A stretch of DNA of 64,000 nucleotides from Pecten maximus (lineage: Eukaryota): contig NC_047015.1 in the NCBI RefSeq assembly GCF_902652985.1, forward strand, positions 48,546,001 to 48,610,000, given 5' to 3'. Both the position numbers and the translations under genes were made by a program. Positions 15,715-28,814 of this stretch are shown here, in pieces (position 1 is the stretch's first letter; every line of letters begins with the position of its first letter). The notes beneath the pieces are model-generated. The model made no database searches. It had not been told where the DNA came from and worked only from the letters and a program-made list of their open reading frames with translations.

Positions 15715-16587
15715 ACTCTAGACAAGTGTATGAGACTGGAATAGTTTGTTTCGAACAGTTTTGTAAAACTTACCTCTCAAGCTGTTCTTGGCCACCAACC
15801 CAAAAGAGTGTAATGGAGTTTATCGCGTATTTGTGGTCACAAGATATTGCTCCATCTACTGTAAGGGCTTATATTTCTGGTATAGGTTTCAAATGTAAAA
15901 TGAGTGGAGTTATTGATGTGACTCAATTTTTCATTATCAAAAAAAAAAAAATGCTTCTTGGTATGGCAAGATTAGATGCTAGATACGATTCCCGTCTACC
16001 CATTACTCCAGAGCTCCTCACCAAGATTATCAACATTCTACCTTATGTATGTATTTCACCTTATGAAGCAAATATGTTCGCGCCCCCCTTTTTTCAGTAG
16101 CATTTTTTGCATTTTTGCGTGTTGGGGAATTGGTAGCAGCTAAGCAGGGGGAGTATGGTCATGCGTTATTGGCGCATAATGTCTCAGTTTCTACAATAGA
16201 GCGCCTGGTTCAGCTAAAGCTTCCTCATTCAAAAACAGATCAGTGTGGATCTGGGGTTGTCATAACACTACAGGAGAACAAGGAAACTGTTTGCCCATTT
16301 AGGTTAGTTAAGAATTTTATAGCCTCCCGTGGCCATGCCCCTGGGGTGTTTTTCTTTCACTGTAACAATGTTCCGGTGACTCGCTATCAGTTTTCAGCAG
16401 TTTTAAAAGGGCTTTGAATGTAATTGGCATTCATTCAAGTGACTACAAGTCTCACTCCTTTAGGGTGGGGGCAGCTACCGTCGCTTCGTTGAAGGGTTTC
16501 TCTGATGAAAAAATTAAGGAAATGGGTCGTTGGGAGTCAAGAGCATATAAAAAATACATTCGAATTTCAACTGTATCCTTATTGTAG
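15715..16587 (+). pseudogene. Ngaro tyrosine recombinase, frameshifted
   Basis: APSTVRAYISGI, FAFLRVGE (catalytic R), SKTDQ (K), HSFRVGAAT (HxxR, His codon at 16453) and GRWESRAYKKYI (catalytic Y); stop at 16585-16587. Confidence 0.9.
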
Positions 16588-16741
16588 ATCAATTGAATTC
16601 ATTTGTAGTCAGAATACCAGGTTTTTCCTAACAATGTAGCAAAGAAAAGAATTTCCTATGCAGGGTAGCTTTCTGTTCATCATTAAGAATTGGCTCAATT
16701 GCAGTAACTTATTGTAAGTTTAAGTCTTCACAGAGTACCAC

Positions 16742-17356
16742 AAAAGAATTTGGATAGTTGGTTCATCCATTATAAGAAGAGCTTTCTGTCATGCATGGGC
16801 CTCCAAGGAAGGATCACGCCTTGACCTGGGTCGTTATGGTGCCTCCATCTTATGGCATGCCAAAGGAGGTTTAAGGTGGAACAGTGTTATCCGTCATTAA
16901 AACTTCTACTCCCCATTGGGAATCCTCCAGCCATTTTAGTCATCCATTGTGGAGGCAATGAGGTGGGTCAAGTGAATTCAGGATCATTGAGGTATAAAAT
17001 GCTGTCAGATCTGGAAACCTTACAAACTATGTTCCCAAACACGAGAATTGTGTGGTCAGCAATTTTACCGCGTTTACAGTGTAGGGGGGGTTTACAACAT
17101 CAGTCAGTTCGTAAGATACCTGTACGTATTAACAGTCAAATAAGTTCTTACCTAATTAGAAATGGGGGCGGGTATATCCGATACCCAGAGATTACAGATG
17201 AGAACACAGGTCTATTCCTGGATGGGGGTTCATCTAAGTAACTTGGGAAACGATATTTTCCTATACAGGTTACAGCAGGGTCTTCAGGCGTTATTGGGCA
17301 CTAATACTAGTATGACCCCTGGTTTTGGGGAAAGGGGACCATGGTTATGGTGCTAA
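16742..17356 (+). pseudogene. SGNH/GDSL-type hydrolase ORF of the Ngaro element, frameshifted
   Basis: Blocks IWIVGSSII, IHCGGNE and DGVHLS (across a frameshift near 17225). A hydrolase ORF after the YR is known from Ngaro-group elements. Confidence 0.8.
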
Positions 17357-17895
17357 TTTTGCGTGCTATTTTGTTCAGCAAACATTTAACTTTTTAAGAT
17401 GTGTGAGAGCATTGCCTGGTCATTTGATATAGTATCTTAAAATTTGTTTTGGATCTTTATTTAATTGTCTTGCTTTTACGTGACTGCTTTTTACTTTGGT
17501 GTGGTGTATTTGCTGAAGTCTTGGAGGATGCCAAATCGCCCATAATCTTGTTTGGGTCGGCTCCTTAATCTTGATATACTGCAATTGGAATGCAGTATTT
17601 TTGTACATTGGCGTACATTTTTTCAGCCGGGCACTTGGGCCCCCCACCATCGTTTTTAGTTTTTGCTGAATATATTTTTGAATTTGATTTTTGCGTCACG
17701 GTTGCACCGATTTTGTGGTGTTCTTTGATTACTTGCTATTCAGTTGCTGCTGAATATTTTGTTTTTGAAAATTGGTCGCCTTTTAACACCAAATTTCTGA
17801 TTGTTTAAAACATCAAAATTTAAAAAACCAGGCTTTTCTCCCGCACTCTGTTGTGGCGGTGGCAAGCACTCACATTCTGCTTGTGTTGCCATTTG

Positions 17896-18786
17896 GCTGA
17901 GTTTCTCCTGCACAACAGATTGCTGCTACATGTTTTTTGAACTTTGACTTAAAATTTGATTTCAAAAGATATCAAATAGTATTGGTTAGTATCTGCTATG
18001 ATTTTGTGGGGGAATTTTCTGCTCCCAGTTTCCTCCCCAACTTCATTAGCTAGCGTGGTTGAAGTCATTGGCCATCATTTGCCACATTAATCATAACAGT
18101 TAGCAAAAAATAAATCCAACATAAAATGTGTAATTTTTGTTTGTTATTTGTTTTAGTTGTCTTCTATTTGATAATAAAAATTATTCCTAGAATATAATTT
18201 AATTTATCATAATGAAGACTGCTGGTTAATTTCTTTTATTGGTAAGTTGTTGTTAGGTAGCAATATAGTTTGATTTGTCCTGTACGGTTACTTCCCTTGG
18301 TTTGGTAGTTTATTTCCATATTTGCAATTAGAGTTATCGCCCTTGGCAGTTCCTGATATTTGGTAGCCATTGCTAGCGTGTGAGATACAAATGCCCTCCC
18401 ACCCTCCCAATTAAGATGGAAATCTGGGTCTGCTGTGGTTTTTTCCATTGTATGTTCGCAGGGTTCACTAAGGAAACGTCAAGACTTCGACCACAGACCA
18501 TGAGGTAGCTGAGTTTCTCCTGCACAACAGATTGCTGCTACATGTTTTTTGAACTTTGACTTAAAATTTGATTTCAAAAGATATCAAATAGTATTGGTTA
18601 GTATCTGCTATGATTTTGTGGGGGAATTTTCTGCTCCCAGTTTCCTCCCCAACTTCATTAGCTAGCGTGGTTGAAGTCATTGGCCATCATTTGCCACATT
18701 AATCATAACAGTTAGCAAAAAATAAATCCAACATAAAATGTGTAATTTTTGTTTGTTATTTGTTTTAGTTGTCTTCTATTTGATAA
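17896..18786 (+). repeat. Ngaro 3' repeat block B1-A2-spacer-B2 (B is 279 bp: 17896-18174 and 18508-18786)
   Basis: gctgagtttctcctgcac...cttctatttgataa occurs twice; B1 abuts A2 directly. Confidence 0.93.
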
Positions 18787-18815
18787 ATTATTTAATGGGT
18801 TTTAAGTATAATTAC

Positions 18816-19133
18816 CGAGGCGTTCAGGCTCTCCGCCTTTTCACAGAGATCGTCGAGTTTGCCTTCCCTGTCTCTAATTTTAACGACATTGTCCATCATA
18901 ATGTCTGTTACTTCTTGTGCCTCTTCCCTGAGCTCATCGAGACTTTTTGAGCGCTGGGCTGGCCTTAGTGGAACAATCTCCTCCGGTAGATTCTTAATAT
19001 TTGGAGTACTAGCACTGTGAACATCGTTAAGTTCAAAGAGATACAAATCGTCTTTCGAATATCCATTTTCTTTGTTCTTTTTGTCCTTCTTTTCCTTTTT
19101 CGCCTTTTTATCTTTCTTGTGTTTCTTTTTCAT
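18816..19133 (-). CDS. VAMP/synaptobrevin-like gene copy 1, exon with Lys-rich N-terminus and R-SNARE motif (155 aa spliced product if this ATG is the start)
   Basis: LDELREEAQEVTDIMMDNVVKIRDREGKLDDLCEKAESLNAS aligns by eye to the synaptobrevin coil ([22 protein letters not shown]) with the zero-layer Arg. Donor TCG|GTAATT at 18815. The ATG directly follows an AG acceptor (TTCTAG|ATG), so an upstream exon probably exists. Confidence 0.88.
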
Positions 19134-22100
19134 CTAGAATTTTAAAAGCAACATCATACAAAATCTAAATCATATTGTTCTCAATATAGATCATATAGAT
19201 ATATAATCAGTGTTTGAAATGTGTGTGATGCATTATCTATATAACATATTTAAAACAAGATCCTATGTTGGACGTTATGTAAACTACATTCATTTGACCG
19301 TGCACCTGTATTTAACCACTTATTATATAACATTAAAATCATTTTCTTCTATTACAAGATCATTAGTCATTGGCCGTTTTTACAAAATACATGTAATAGG
19401 ATATGTAACTTGCTTCTATCTTGCTAATTTGATTTTAGATCTAAATTTTGTATTGAGACTTACGGAAAACTGGATGAAACATATGAGATGTGTTAATAAA
19501 ACCATTAATGACGTTTAATATCACGCCAAGTTTTAATGATTTTAGGTGGGCTCATATCGGACAATTAGATAAAATGTATACCTTCAGGCTGTTGAAGCAA
19601 AACATTTAGTCACAAACCATAGAATATTTTAAAAGGGTGGGCGTCTAGCTACAATCTGTATATAATGTGATTATCAATATACAAAATTAGTCATAGTTTG
19701 GTTATTTCAATACGAGAGACCAACATATCTCCGATAACATATCTTGACAAAACTTTCCCCGTGTAAATGATTGTATACAATATCAACATCATTCTTCACA
19801 TGTATACACACTTGAATGATTATGAAGATTTGTATCTTTCAGTATGAATTAAGTTATAGACACGGTATATGCCGACAAACAAATTTTGAACTATGCTTCT
19901 AAGCTGTTTTGACATTATAGGACTTGTCAGCGATTCTAGGAGCAAAAATTATAAAAATCAATGTGAGAAGTCCAGGAAAAAACGTAAAAAATGTTAACAC
20001 AAAGGACGGTAAATGTCAAGGTCGAATCTGGGTGGGAAGGCGTTTTCTGCAATGCAATGCCGTTTCTTCAAAATCACCGACAACTTGATGATTAAGTTAC
20101 AGTGATAGGATGGGAACGATGTATTCCCATAATTAAAAAAATATACTGATATCTGTTATCTTGTTTAGTTGAATAACGTTGAATAGAATTTGACCCATAA
20201 AAGTCATCACTCATTTCGGGACCTAATTATGGAAATTGAGTAGTTAGTTTAAGAGCTTATGCACATTTATCAACTTGTATACGTATCGTTGGTGTAAGAT
20301 TCAGTAATAAAACATTGTATAAAGATATTAGCATTTATGGCATAGCCAGATATATCTACAAATGACGGAATCCATGAAGCGTAACAACATTACAGTTCTA
20401 CGGTTTTCCATTTAAAATTTAATTTACTTTACTAATGGAAAGTAAATAACGTGAGAATGCTACATACAAAACAGATTTACATTTACGGATTTAATATAGG
20501 AAAGTGTATATTTACATCCGGGTATGGATACCGACTTCTAATCCTGTCATTTCTTCAAAAATACTATGGGGAAGTACGTTTAAACAGTAACAGGATCGTG
20601 ACAAAAACAGTCAGCCCTATCTATCTTTACAATGAGACTACATTATACCTTCTACATTCCAACACACGACCATGGGTATCTCTGTGTAAGGTAATAGGGT
20701 TTGTTTTGCCCTCCACTGAATAATCTCTTGTAACATGTGGATAGCACAACTAACTTTTTCACCATCCCTGCCAAATATGTTGACGTATGATTACTTATGT
20801 GACCTAGTTGCTGTACCTTACATGTTTTACACTCAGAGTGAAATGATGATGAACAATTTCAACGTCAAACAGAGAAGTTGGAAAACATAGTTGGAGGCCT
20901 GGTATATTTAAACTTTACATTGTGTCTATAAGACGTTTATTCCAATTACACACATGCTCGTATAGTAAACCCATATAAGAATATGTATTATTTGACATTA
21001 CTTGATTACATAATACAACTGGGAGGAAAATACATTATAGAATATTATATGAATACAACAAGATACATACAGTAAATAAGATTTAATACACTGAAGTATG
21101 ATTCAATACGGATCATTCCTTACAATAATTTATAAATAGACTAATACGCATTATAAACAAAACAAAACTAATAAAATTTTCAAATATCCTACTATTACTT
21201 AATGCTTTTCAGCGTTAAATAAACTATTTGTCATGTATTTATTTAACAAAATTGCCGTCGTAGCACTGAAATGATTATTGATCATTTTCAAATGCTGTAC
21301 CGTATTTACTGTTTACATCAGCGATAATAATGGAGGCACTTGTTGATAAAACTCCATGAACTTGTTTACATGAATACGTGTTTATACGCCGTACCTTCCT
21401 TTGTTATTGTCTGAATCATAGTAGGATCACATTACCAATGATTTTATAACTCACACGGTTGTGTTATACATAATTGTGAGTTTAGAGAATTTCTGATAAG
21501 AAAGAAAAACGACAAATAATTTCTTTCTTATAACATGAATAAGTTAAATTTAAATTATTGTTCTATGCTAATGCAACTTAGAAGATATCACATATTCATA
21601 CCTCAGTAAACAAGGATGCCTGGGCGAATTTATCTTAAACCACTTACCTTGATATATGTCACACAATCCAATGGTTCTCGGCAGTTGCAAAAAAAGGCGT
21701 CGAATGTATCCTATACCGTTTCGTGTCTTGATTTCCCATGTACGAAAGATGGATCCCGTTTACGTATTCTTCCGGCTTCGAATCATTTCAACTACCTTAC
21801 GTAGGCTTGTCGTGACCTTTGACCTCCAGTGTTTGTTAGTGAGGGTAATGTACCTTGACGGGACTGGCTTACCGTGCTCACACTGTTACGGAGAGTAGAG
21901 ACATGGGTTTTTATGTGGAAAACCACCTTATTGTATAGCAGACGGAAACAAATATCGCTATAAGAAACTGTATAGAGACACATGTTCAGTATTTAAATGA
22001 ATGATTTGGCGTTTATCAGAGTTGCTAACAAGGTTTGAATTTGACATACTTTCTATAATTCTAAGTGATAATTACACAATTCAATATGGATTTATTTGAA

Positions 22101-22851
22101 CAACAAACCTACATCGTCCTGTTGAAATTCTATGATAAACAGGTAGCACGTTTATATATCTGTGTAAACAGGCCAAAAATAATCATAACACATGTATGTA
22201 GTGTTTACCAGCTCTAATGTGTAATGACTGAGAATTTCAAGAAATTAATCAAATAGCTGCATTTTTGCAAAAATAATATGTGAAGAGGAAGTGAAAAACA
22301 GCTATCATAAAAAAGCATAGATTAACATATTAACTCGACTACTAAAGGAAATTGAAATACTGATGAGTGTATGTTGTTAAGCAGACATCCGAAGCATGTA
22401 GCGATATAGAAAAGTGATAGTTTATCAAAATATCTGCAGCTAGAAAGACGTTTAGAAACGGAATGTGCAAATAATGGTAGAAAGTCAAGGACAAAGGGAA
22501 ACAATCCCTGGTAAAAAATGAAAAACTGAAATCACCTTCCAAACCCCCGATTGAAAGCCCTTTTGTGACCTCAAAATAATGTGTTTTTATCTTTGCGTAA
22601 ATAAGAAATATGCATAGATTATAAGAAAGAGACTATGCTTAACTTTATTTTTCAAACCCCAAATTTCTTTGTTTGATTTAATTAGTGTTGATTGGGCGTC
22701 TATGTCCAGTTATATATTCCAAAACAATCAATCCAAATAAAAGACATGTCGTCATCAAAGACATATATGAATTATTTTTCTATGTGTGTTATTAATGTCA
22801 CAATAAGTTCTCTGAAGGTTCAATTAATAAAAAATAATATATCATATCTTA

Positions 22852-24765
22852 ATGATTTGATAAAGGATCATAATGCTGGTACATTTTATACGTTTCAAGA
22901 TTTTACACAACTGTATCGAATACGGACTAATTTTCTCCAATATCATAGTGTCATTTCAGCTGTAAAAAAGTTCAATCCCAATCCTGTTCTCCCCATGCTG
23001 GAAATAACACGTCCATTTATTCCAGTAAACTTTGAATTTTTTTTAAACATTCCAAAGGGTCGAAACACTTTATAACATTATGATCAGAAATAATATTGTG
23101 CCCTCAGGACAAAGAAAATGGAATTCAATTTTTGATAGAAGCAATATTTACTGGAGTCAGGTTTTCAAACTTCCGTTTATTGTAACTAATAACACAAAAT
23201 TCCAATGGTTTCAATATAGAATCAATCACCATATTCTTACAACAAACTCTCTTTTATTTAAAACTCGAATGGTGCCATCGCCTTTGTGTACACTGTGTAA
23301 CTCAGAGATTGAAACCATTATTCATATTTTATGGGAATGTCAGGAGGTTCAAAATCTTCTTCTTAGCTTTGAAACTCTTTTAGATACACTCCTTATTCCT
23401 TTTGGTTTTAATAAACAATCATTTTTATTCGGTCTTCTCACACAAAATGTAAATGGTAAAATTGATAATGAAATTCTCATTGTAATTAAACAGTACATAT
23501 ATAAAATGCGCTGTCTGCATAAGTCCTTAAATTTAAATGCTTTAATAAATACTATACAGGACTATTTTAATATACAAAGATGTGTAGCCTATAGCAAAGG
23601 AGGTATGTATAAGGAGAGATTTAGAAACGAATGGCTAAAATGGGAAAAAATAATTAGGTTATAGCTTTCATTTCATAATATATTTAACTGACATGTCTCC
23701 TAGACTCTAAAACACTAAACTGGTCAATAATTTTGCTTTGTTGCTCTGATAATATATTGTGATTTTTCCATCCTCTTTCTCTCCCTTTTTTGTCTATTTA
23801 TCTTTCTATTTATGTATGTCAATACTGTCTGTATGTCTGTGTCTCTGTTTAGTCTGTCTGTGTCTTTCGGTCTAAGTAGGTTGGTGTTAGTCTATGTATC
23901 TGTTTGTCTGTATATGTCTGTCAGTCTTTCTGTATATGTCTGTGTCTCTGTTTAGTCTGTCTGTGTCTTTTTGTCTAAGTAGGTTGGTGTTGTTAGTCTA
24001 TGTATCTGTCTGTCTGTGTGTATGTCTGTCAGTCTTTCTGTATATGTCTGTGTCTCTGTTTAGTCTGTCTGTATCTTTCTGTCTAAGTAGGTTGGTGTTG
24101 GTTTATGTATCTGTCTGTGTATGTTTGTCTGTTTGTCTGTACATGGATGAATAGCAGGATAATAGAAACAGAATGTGTGTTTAATATGCATTTTCTTATA
24201 TATTTATGTATACAATAATATATACAACATGTGTAGTATGTGTGCACTTGTATGGGTGTATTTGAGTTGTAGTAGGTGCGGTATGTGGATATGTTTTCAT
24301 GTAAGTGCTGTGTGTACATGCCAATGGATGGATATCAAAATAGTACATGTATGTGTAGTAAAGCATGTGTGCTCATTGTCATATGCAATAGTTAGTATAT
24401 GACTATATGTAGTACGTATGAACATGTATATGTGTATAGTATTGTGTACATGTATGTATATGTACTAGAACATTCATGTGTGTGGGAAGGTGTTTGCGTG
24501 GGGTGTGTCATTCTCATTCATCAGAGTTACTTCCCTTCGTTTCCTATGTCACTCGGTCAGTACGGTGGTATAGCGTAGCTTAGCAGACTCTGGGGGGCGA
24601 GAATGGGGGTGTGTGGGTGTGTATGTGTGTGTGTAAGCTTGTGCGTAGTAAATTATAATAGAAATACACATCAGTGCTGAAAGGTGTGAATGACCATAAA
24701 ATGTAGATGTCTTGTGTTTGCTGATAATATATGTTTAACTGAATAAAATATAAATTACAAAAAAA
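22852..24765 (+). mobile_element. 5'-truncated LINE (L1/Tx1-like ORF2 C-terminus plus 3' UTR) with poly(A) tail and 16-bp target-site duplication
   Basis: ORFs with FQYRINHHILTTN and the zinc-binding motif CTLCNSEIETIIHILWEC, stop at 23664. AATAAA near 24742 then an A-tail. TSD aatatatcatatctta at 22836-22851 and 24766-24781. Absent from the paralogous position near 8350. Confidence 0.9.
23830..24140 (+). repeat. Three copies of a ~105-bp TG/TCTG-rich unit in the LINE 3' UTR
   Basis: tatgtctgtgtctctgtttagtctgtctgt...ctaagtaggttggtgtt recurs at about 23832, 23935 and 24043. Confidence 0.8.
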
Positions 24766-26647
24766 AATATATCATATCTTATTGAAATACGTCATTATAA
24801 ACGAGATAGGATTATGCATAATGTATCTGCCACCTGACATCCTATTGTTTTTATCTTAATACTTTATATATAGATAAGATTTGAATAATATGTTGTAAAT
24901 AAATGGACCTTTAATAAACGAAAACAAAAACCAAAGAACAAAAACAGACAAAAACAAAAATAAAAACAAAACAAAAATAATGGGCGGTGACTGATTTGAA
25001 GTCCGTAAGGATCAAGCAAAATGGCTTATCAAACTGAAAATAAAAAACATCTGCTAATATAAACCTATTAAAGATTATGGTATGATGCGGTATCTTTTAA
25101 TTTTACTTCGAAAACTGAATGACTACGAGGCGGCGTATTTGTACTCGGTCTGCTTGAATGAAGATCGTTTGAAAGAAAATTGACTTGAAGAAAAATGGCC
25201 CAAATGTTAATACAGATAAAGCTGCTGAACCGTCGTTATCCGAACGTATGACAATGTAAGCCTGATTCGGTTTGTTACAGAACCTAGAATATGTGTTCCC
25301 AGTATCTAGTGTTGACATATTTTGCTTCTAATATCTTATTCATAACTTCATTTTTCATAGACATGCAGATACATAATATAGACAAAATGAAACAAACAAA
25401 TTACGTTTCTGACAAAATCCAATTGTCTGAGAATCTTATCGTACCTGATAGAACAACCAGGTGATATTGTATTATGGAGCAAAAAATCAAAGAAGTTATG
25501 TAACCAATCCACGCTTAACACAGATAGTTGGCTGTGGTAATTTATAGTTTTGTAGTTTTACAGTTATTTGTCCAATTGGGATGTGTTGTTTTTTTGTATA
25601 AAAACTAAACATTACAATATTAAAAATAACATAGATATTAACATACTTTATGAAACGTCATGTTTTATTTGATGATTACAATGCGAGATATGCTGATTCC
25701 GTGTATATAATACGCCAAATAAAAGTTAAACTGAAACACAATTCTTAAAAAAATGAGTTTGTGACATAATTAAATGTATATTGTAGCGTGGTCGGTAACA
25801 CATTGATATTCATTAAAACTTTCTTATCCAAATATTACATTTGATTGTTAATATCACATAGAATGAAAATATTATCCTAAAATATTTTTTAGATATATAT
25901 TATGTTTGAAGTTATCATGAAAAAAAAATCATTTTATCTTAAAGAGAAGTCCTTTAGGCGTGATAAATCATGAAATATACAATAACCATAAAATTATTCG
26001 GTTTTAAACACATTCAAGCGACACCATCATGCAGTGATTGGACCAAATTAAGATTAGTCATTCGATTATCTTTAGATGTAATGTTATGCTACAAAGAAGT
26101 CGTAGCCCCTCTGAAAAGACAATAAGCATAATGGGTATTTACTAATCTACAAAATGATAACTACCAATTTGCACATTTTATCGAATGAATCAACACAGGG
26201 TAGAAAAGGTCACTGATGTCACTATGACGTCACCGGATACAAATGCTATTTTCGTACTCTCCAAAAAGTAGATTTTCTGGCGCTCGGTTTCATAAGCGCC
26301 CCCCTTAACTGAAGGAATTTCCTTTATATAGATGTTCCCATAGGAAATAATTGTTTCATTCGAGAAAAAAATCTAAAGACTTAATGCTCTCACGTGAAAA
26401 AGTTTTTAGTTAAAGTATTTCATTAGTTTAAGAAATATTAATACTGGGGTTAAATCGAAAGATTTTCTTTCCCGATAAAAACTAGAAAAGCTTTGTGTTT
26501 TGTATAATACATATGCCTTAATAAGCTGTCTGAATTTAGATTTTTTAATGTAATGAACGATTTGGAATTGTTAATGTGTGATGCAGATTCACGAAGAAGG
26601 CTAAAAACTAAACACTAAAATTAGACACGAAGTGCTATTATTATTAA

Positions 26648-26791
26648 CTAAGGAATGAAAAGTATCATTAGTACTATAGTTATAATAATTAAGCAACAGA
26701 CACCTGCAGCAATAAGCATTATAGTCCGTTTCTTATTTTTCAACCATTGTTTTCTTCGTATCGACACCGACGTCTTCTGGAACATCTCAGT
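26648..26791 (-). CDS. VAMP/synaptobrevin-like gene copy 2, last coding exon with transmembrane anchor
   Basis: Acceptor TTTCTTTTCACAG|ACT; encodes TEMFQKTSVSIRRKQWLKNKKRTIMLIAAGVCCLIIITIVLMILFIP*. This is the C-terminal part of the 26648..27106 ORF; the rest of that ORF is intron. Confidence 0.88.
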   Translation of the reverse strand, partial: TEMFQKTSVSIRRKQWLKNKKRTIMLIAAGVCCLIIITIVLMILFIP

Positions 26792-27100
26792 CTGTGAAAA
26801 GAAACAAAACAAATAAAAGATAATAATTTTTTTAATATCCTGCTTTGCAACTAAGATTGAACAAAAGACATACTCGTGAATAAGACATTTAAATATGAAT
26901 TTAGAAACAGATACTGTATATGTCAAATTATGAATAAAAAAACTGCATAATACAATTGTTACGACCTTGTAGGACTCGACAGTAATTCTAAGAACATCAT
27001 ATATTGTTCTTCTTTTAGCTCTAATAAGTGATACAGTAATGGACATCGGAAGTTTAGTTTTGGACAACCATGCATATCTGTAACAAACGCCACATACCCG

Positions 27101-27712
27101 AATCACTAGCCCACAGGGTAAATCACTAGTCCCCAGGATAAATCACTAGACCCCAGGATAAATCACTAGCCCCCAGGATAAATCACTAGTCTCAAGGGTA
27201 AATCACTAGCCCCTTGGGTAAATCACTAGCCCCTTGGGTAAATCACAAGCCCACAGGGTAAATCACTAGCCCCTAGGGTAAATCACTAGTCCCAAGGGTA
27301 AATCACTAGTCCCCAGGATAAATCACTAGACCCCAGGATAAATCACTAGCCCCTAGGGTAAATCACTAGTCCCAAGGGTAAATCACTAGCCCCTTGGGTA
27401 AATCACCAACCCACAGGGTAAATCACTAGTCCCCTAGGTAAATCACTAGCCCCCAGGATAAATCATTAGCCCCTAGGGTAAATCACTTGTCCCCTAGGGT
27501 AAATCACTAGTTCCCAGGATAAATCACTAGCCTCTAGGGTAAATCACTAGTTCCCTGGGTAAATCACTTGTCCCAAGGATAAATCACTAGCCCCCCCCCC
27601 CCCCCCCCTCCCTCCCCCCCCCCCCCCCCCGCAGGGTAAATCACTAGTCCCAAGAGTAAATCACTAGTCCCAAGGGTAAATCACTAGCCCCAAGGGTAAA
27701 TTACTAGCCCCT
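27101..27712. repeat. 20-bp minisatellite (consensus about AATCACTAGYCCCNAGGGTA, roughly 29 copies, one poly-C interruption) in the VAMP copy 2 intron
   Basis: Directly visible 20-nt periodicity; poly-C tract at about 27591-27630. Confidence 0.95.
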
Positions 27713-28814
27713 ATGACAAACTATATCAAGATACTGGGTACAATATTTATAATGTCGCTGTATTATATCATGCATGCCTAGCTGGGAAAATCAAGGTAGA
27801 TTTGTTCCCAGCTTGATTAATTTAATATTTAAAGAAAAGTATCGAGTGCTCGAGATCACTTGCTTAGTAATAAATGTATTTGGTTTTAAACTAAATATAT
27901 TAACTTGAAATTGATTCGCTGATGAATTAGGTTGATGTGGACAGGAAGTATATGCTATATTTATTTGAATTCATGTTAATCCTATCTTTTTAACATAGAT
28001 GCCATCAAAATAAGCATCAAGACTTACTTAATCAGTTATGATATATTGATCTGTCAAACTCTACTTTGTTGATATCTGATATTCCATTTATGAAGGCGCC
28101 TGAAAAAATATCTTAGAGGTAGCTTTGGCATTTGCTTTTTCGTAAATTTCTGAAAGGCCACTTCTTGGCACTGGCGTATATATATACCAGATAAGTGAAA
28201 TATAAGTCCTCAAGGAAACTGTAAATATAAAAGTCGATTTATCACGGTCATTTTAGAAATGTCATTCTGCGCCTGGAAATGTAATTCCGAATATAATATA
28301 TTAAGAGCTCCTGATCGATTCCTGCATTCTTTCATATCTGTACACACGTATATATCTTCCCATGGAAACCTTTCACTTGCACAGATTTTCATTACCCTAT
28401 CAAAATAAACACCCCTGTATAGATAACAAACGTGAGGCTATTTCCATCAATTGAGTCAATCACGTTCCACGTTTACTGGTAAAGAGCACCTCAAGAAAGG
28501 AGATGAATGCCCTATTATAATTAGTATTTGTTTTGTTCATAGATACCACTGCTACTTTATTATAACATGTACCTTGAACAAGTTAACATTTCTGATGAAG
28601 TTATCTATTTGACAGCACATTTCACCTCTTTATGTACCTGTAAAGTGACTTTGAATAGACATCGTAACATCCTGTCATGATACTGATGCCGTAATAAAAA
28701 AACTTTTAATTCAGCTATATTGCAACATCTATACTAATGAGTATCATATCTAATTCTCCGAAGATAAGGTATATTTTAGAAGTATATTATTTAACGGGTT
28801 TTAAGTATAATTAC

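Larger units (their letters stand above)
12233..18786 (+). mobile_element. Ngaro-type tyrosine-recombinase (DIRS-order) retrotransposon with split direct repeats, inserted antisense in the VAMP copy 1 intron
   Basis: Order is A1 (12233-12451), gag, RT/RNase H, YR, SGNH hydrolase, B1 (17896-18174), A2 (18175-18393), spacer, B2 (18508-18786). No target-site duplication. The flanks (...ttttaaaacat | attatttaatggg...) rejoin to match the empty paralogous site near 28770-28800. Confidence 0.93.

Noticed and set aside
12294-18448. Two minus-strand ORFs with identical C-termini (12294..12482 and 18236..18448)
   Set aside because: They lie in the Ngaro A1/A2 repeats; the identity reflects the repeat, not coding constraint.
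23894-24402. Hydrophobic repetitive ORFs
   Set aside because: Translations of the TG-rich LINE 3' UTR repeats.
27101-27712. CRISPR-like appearance of the 20-bp array (and of the 44-bp array at 62900-64000)
   Set aside because: Units are head-to-tail with no unique spacers, there are no cas genes, and the context is eukaryotic.
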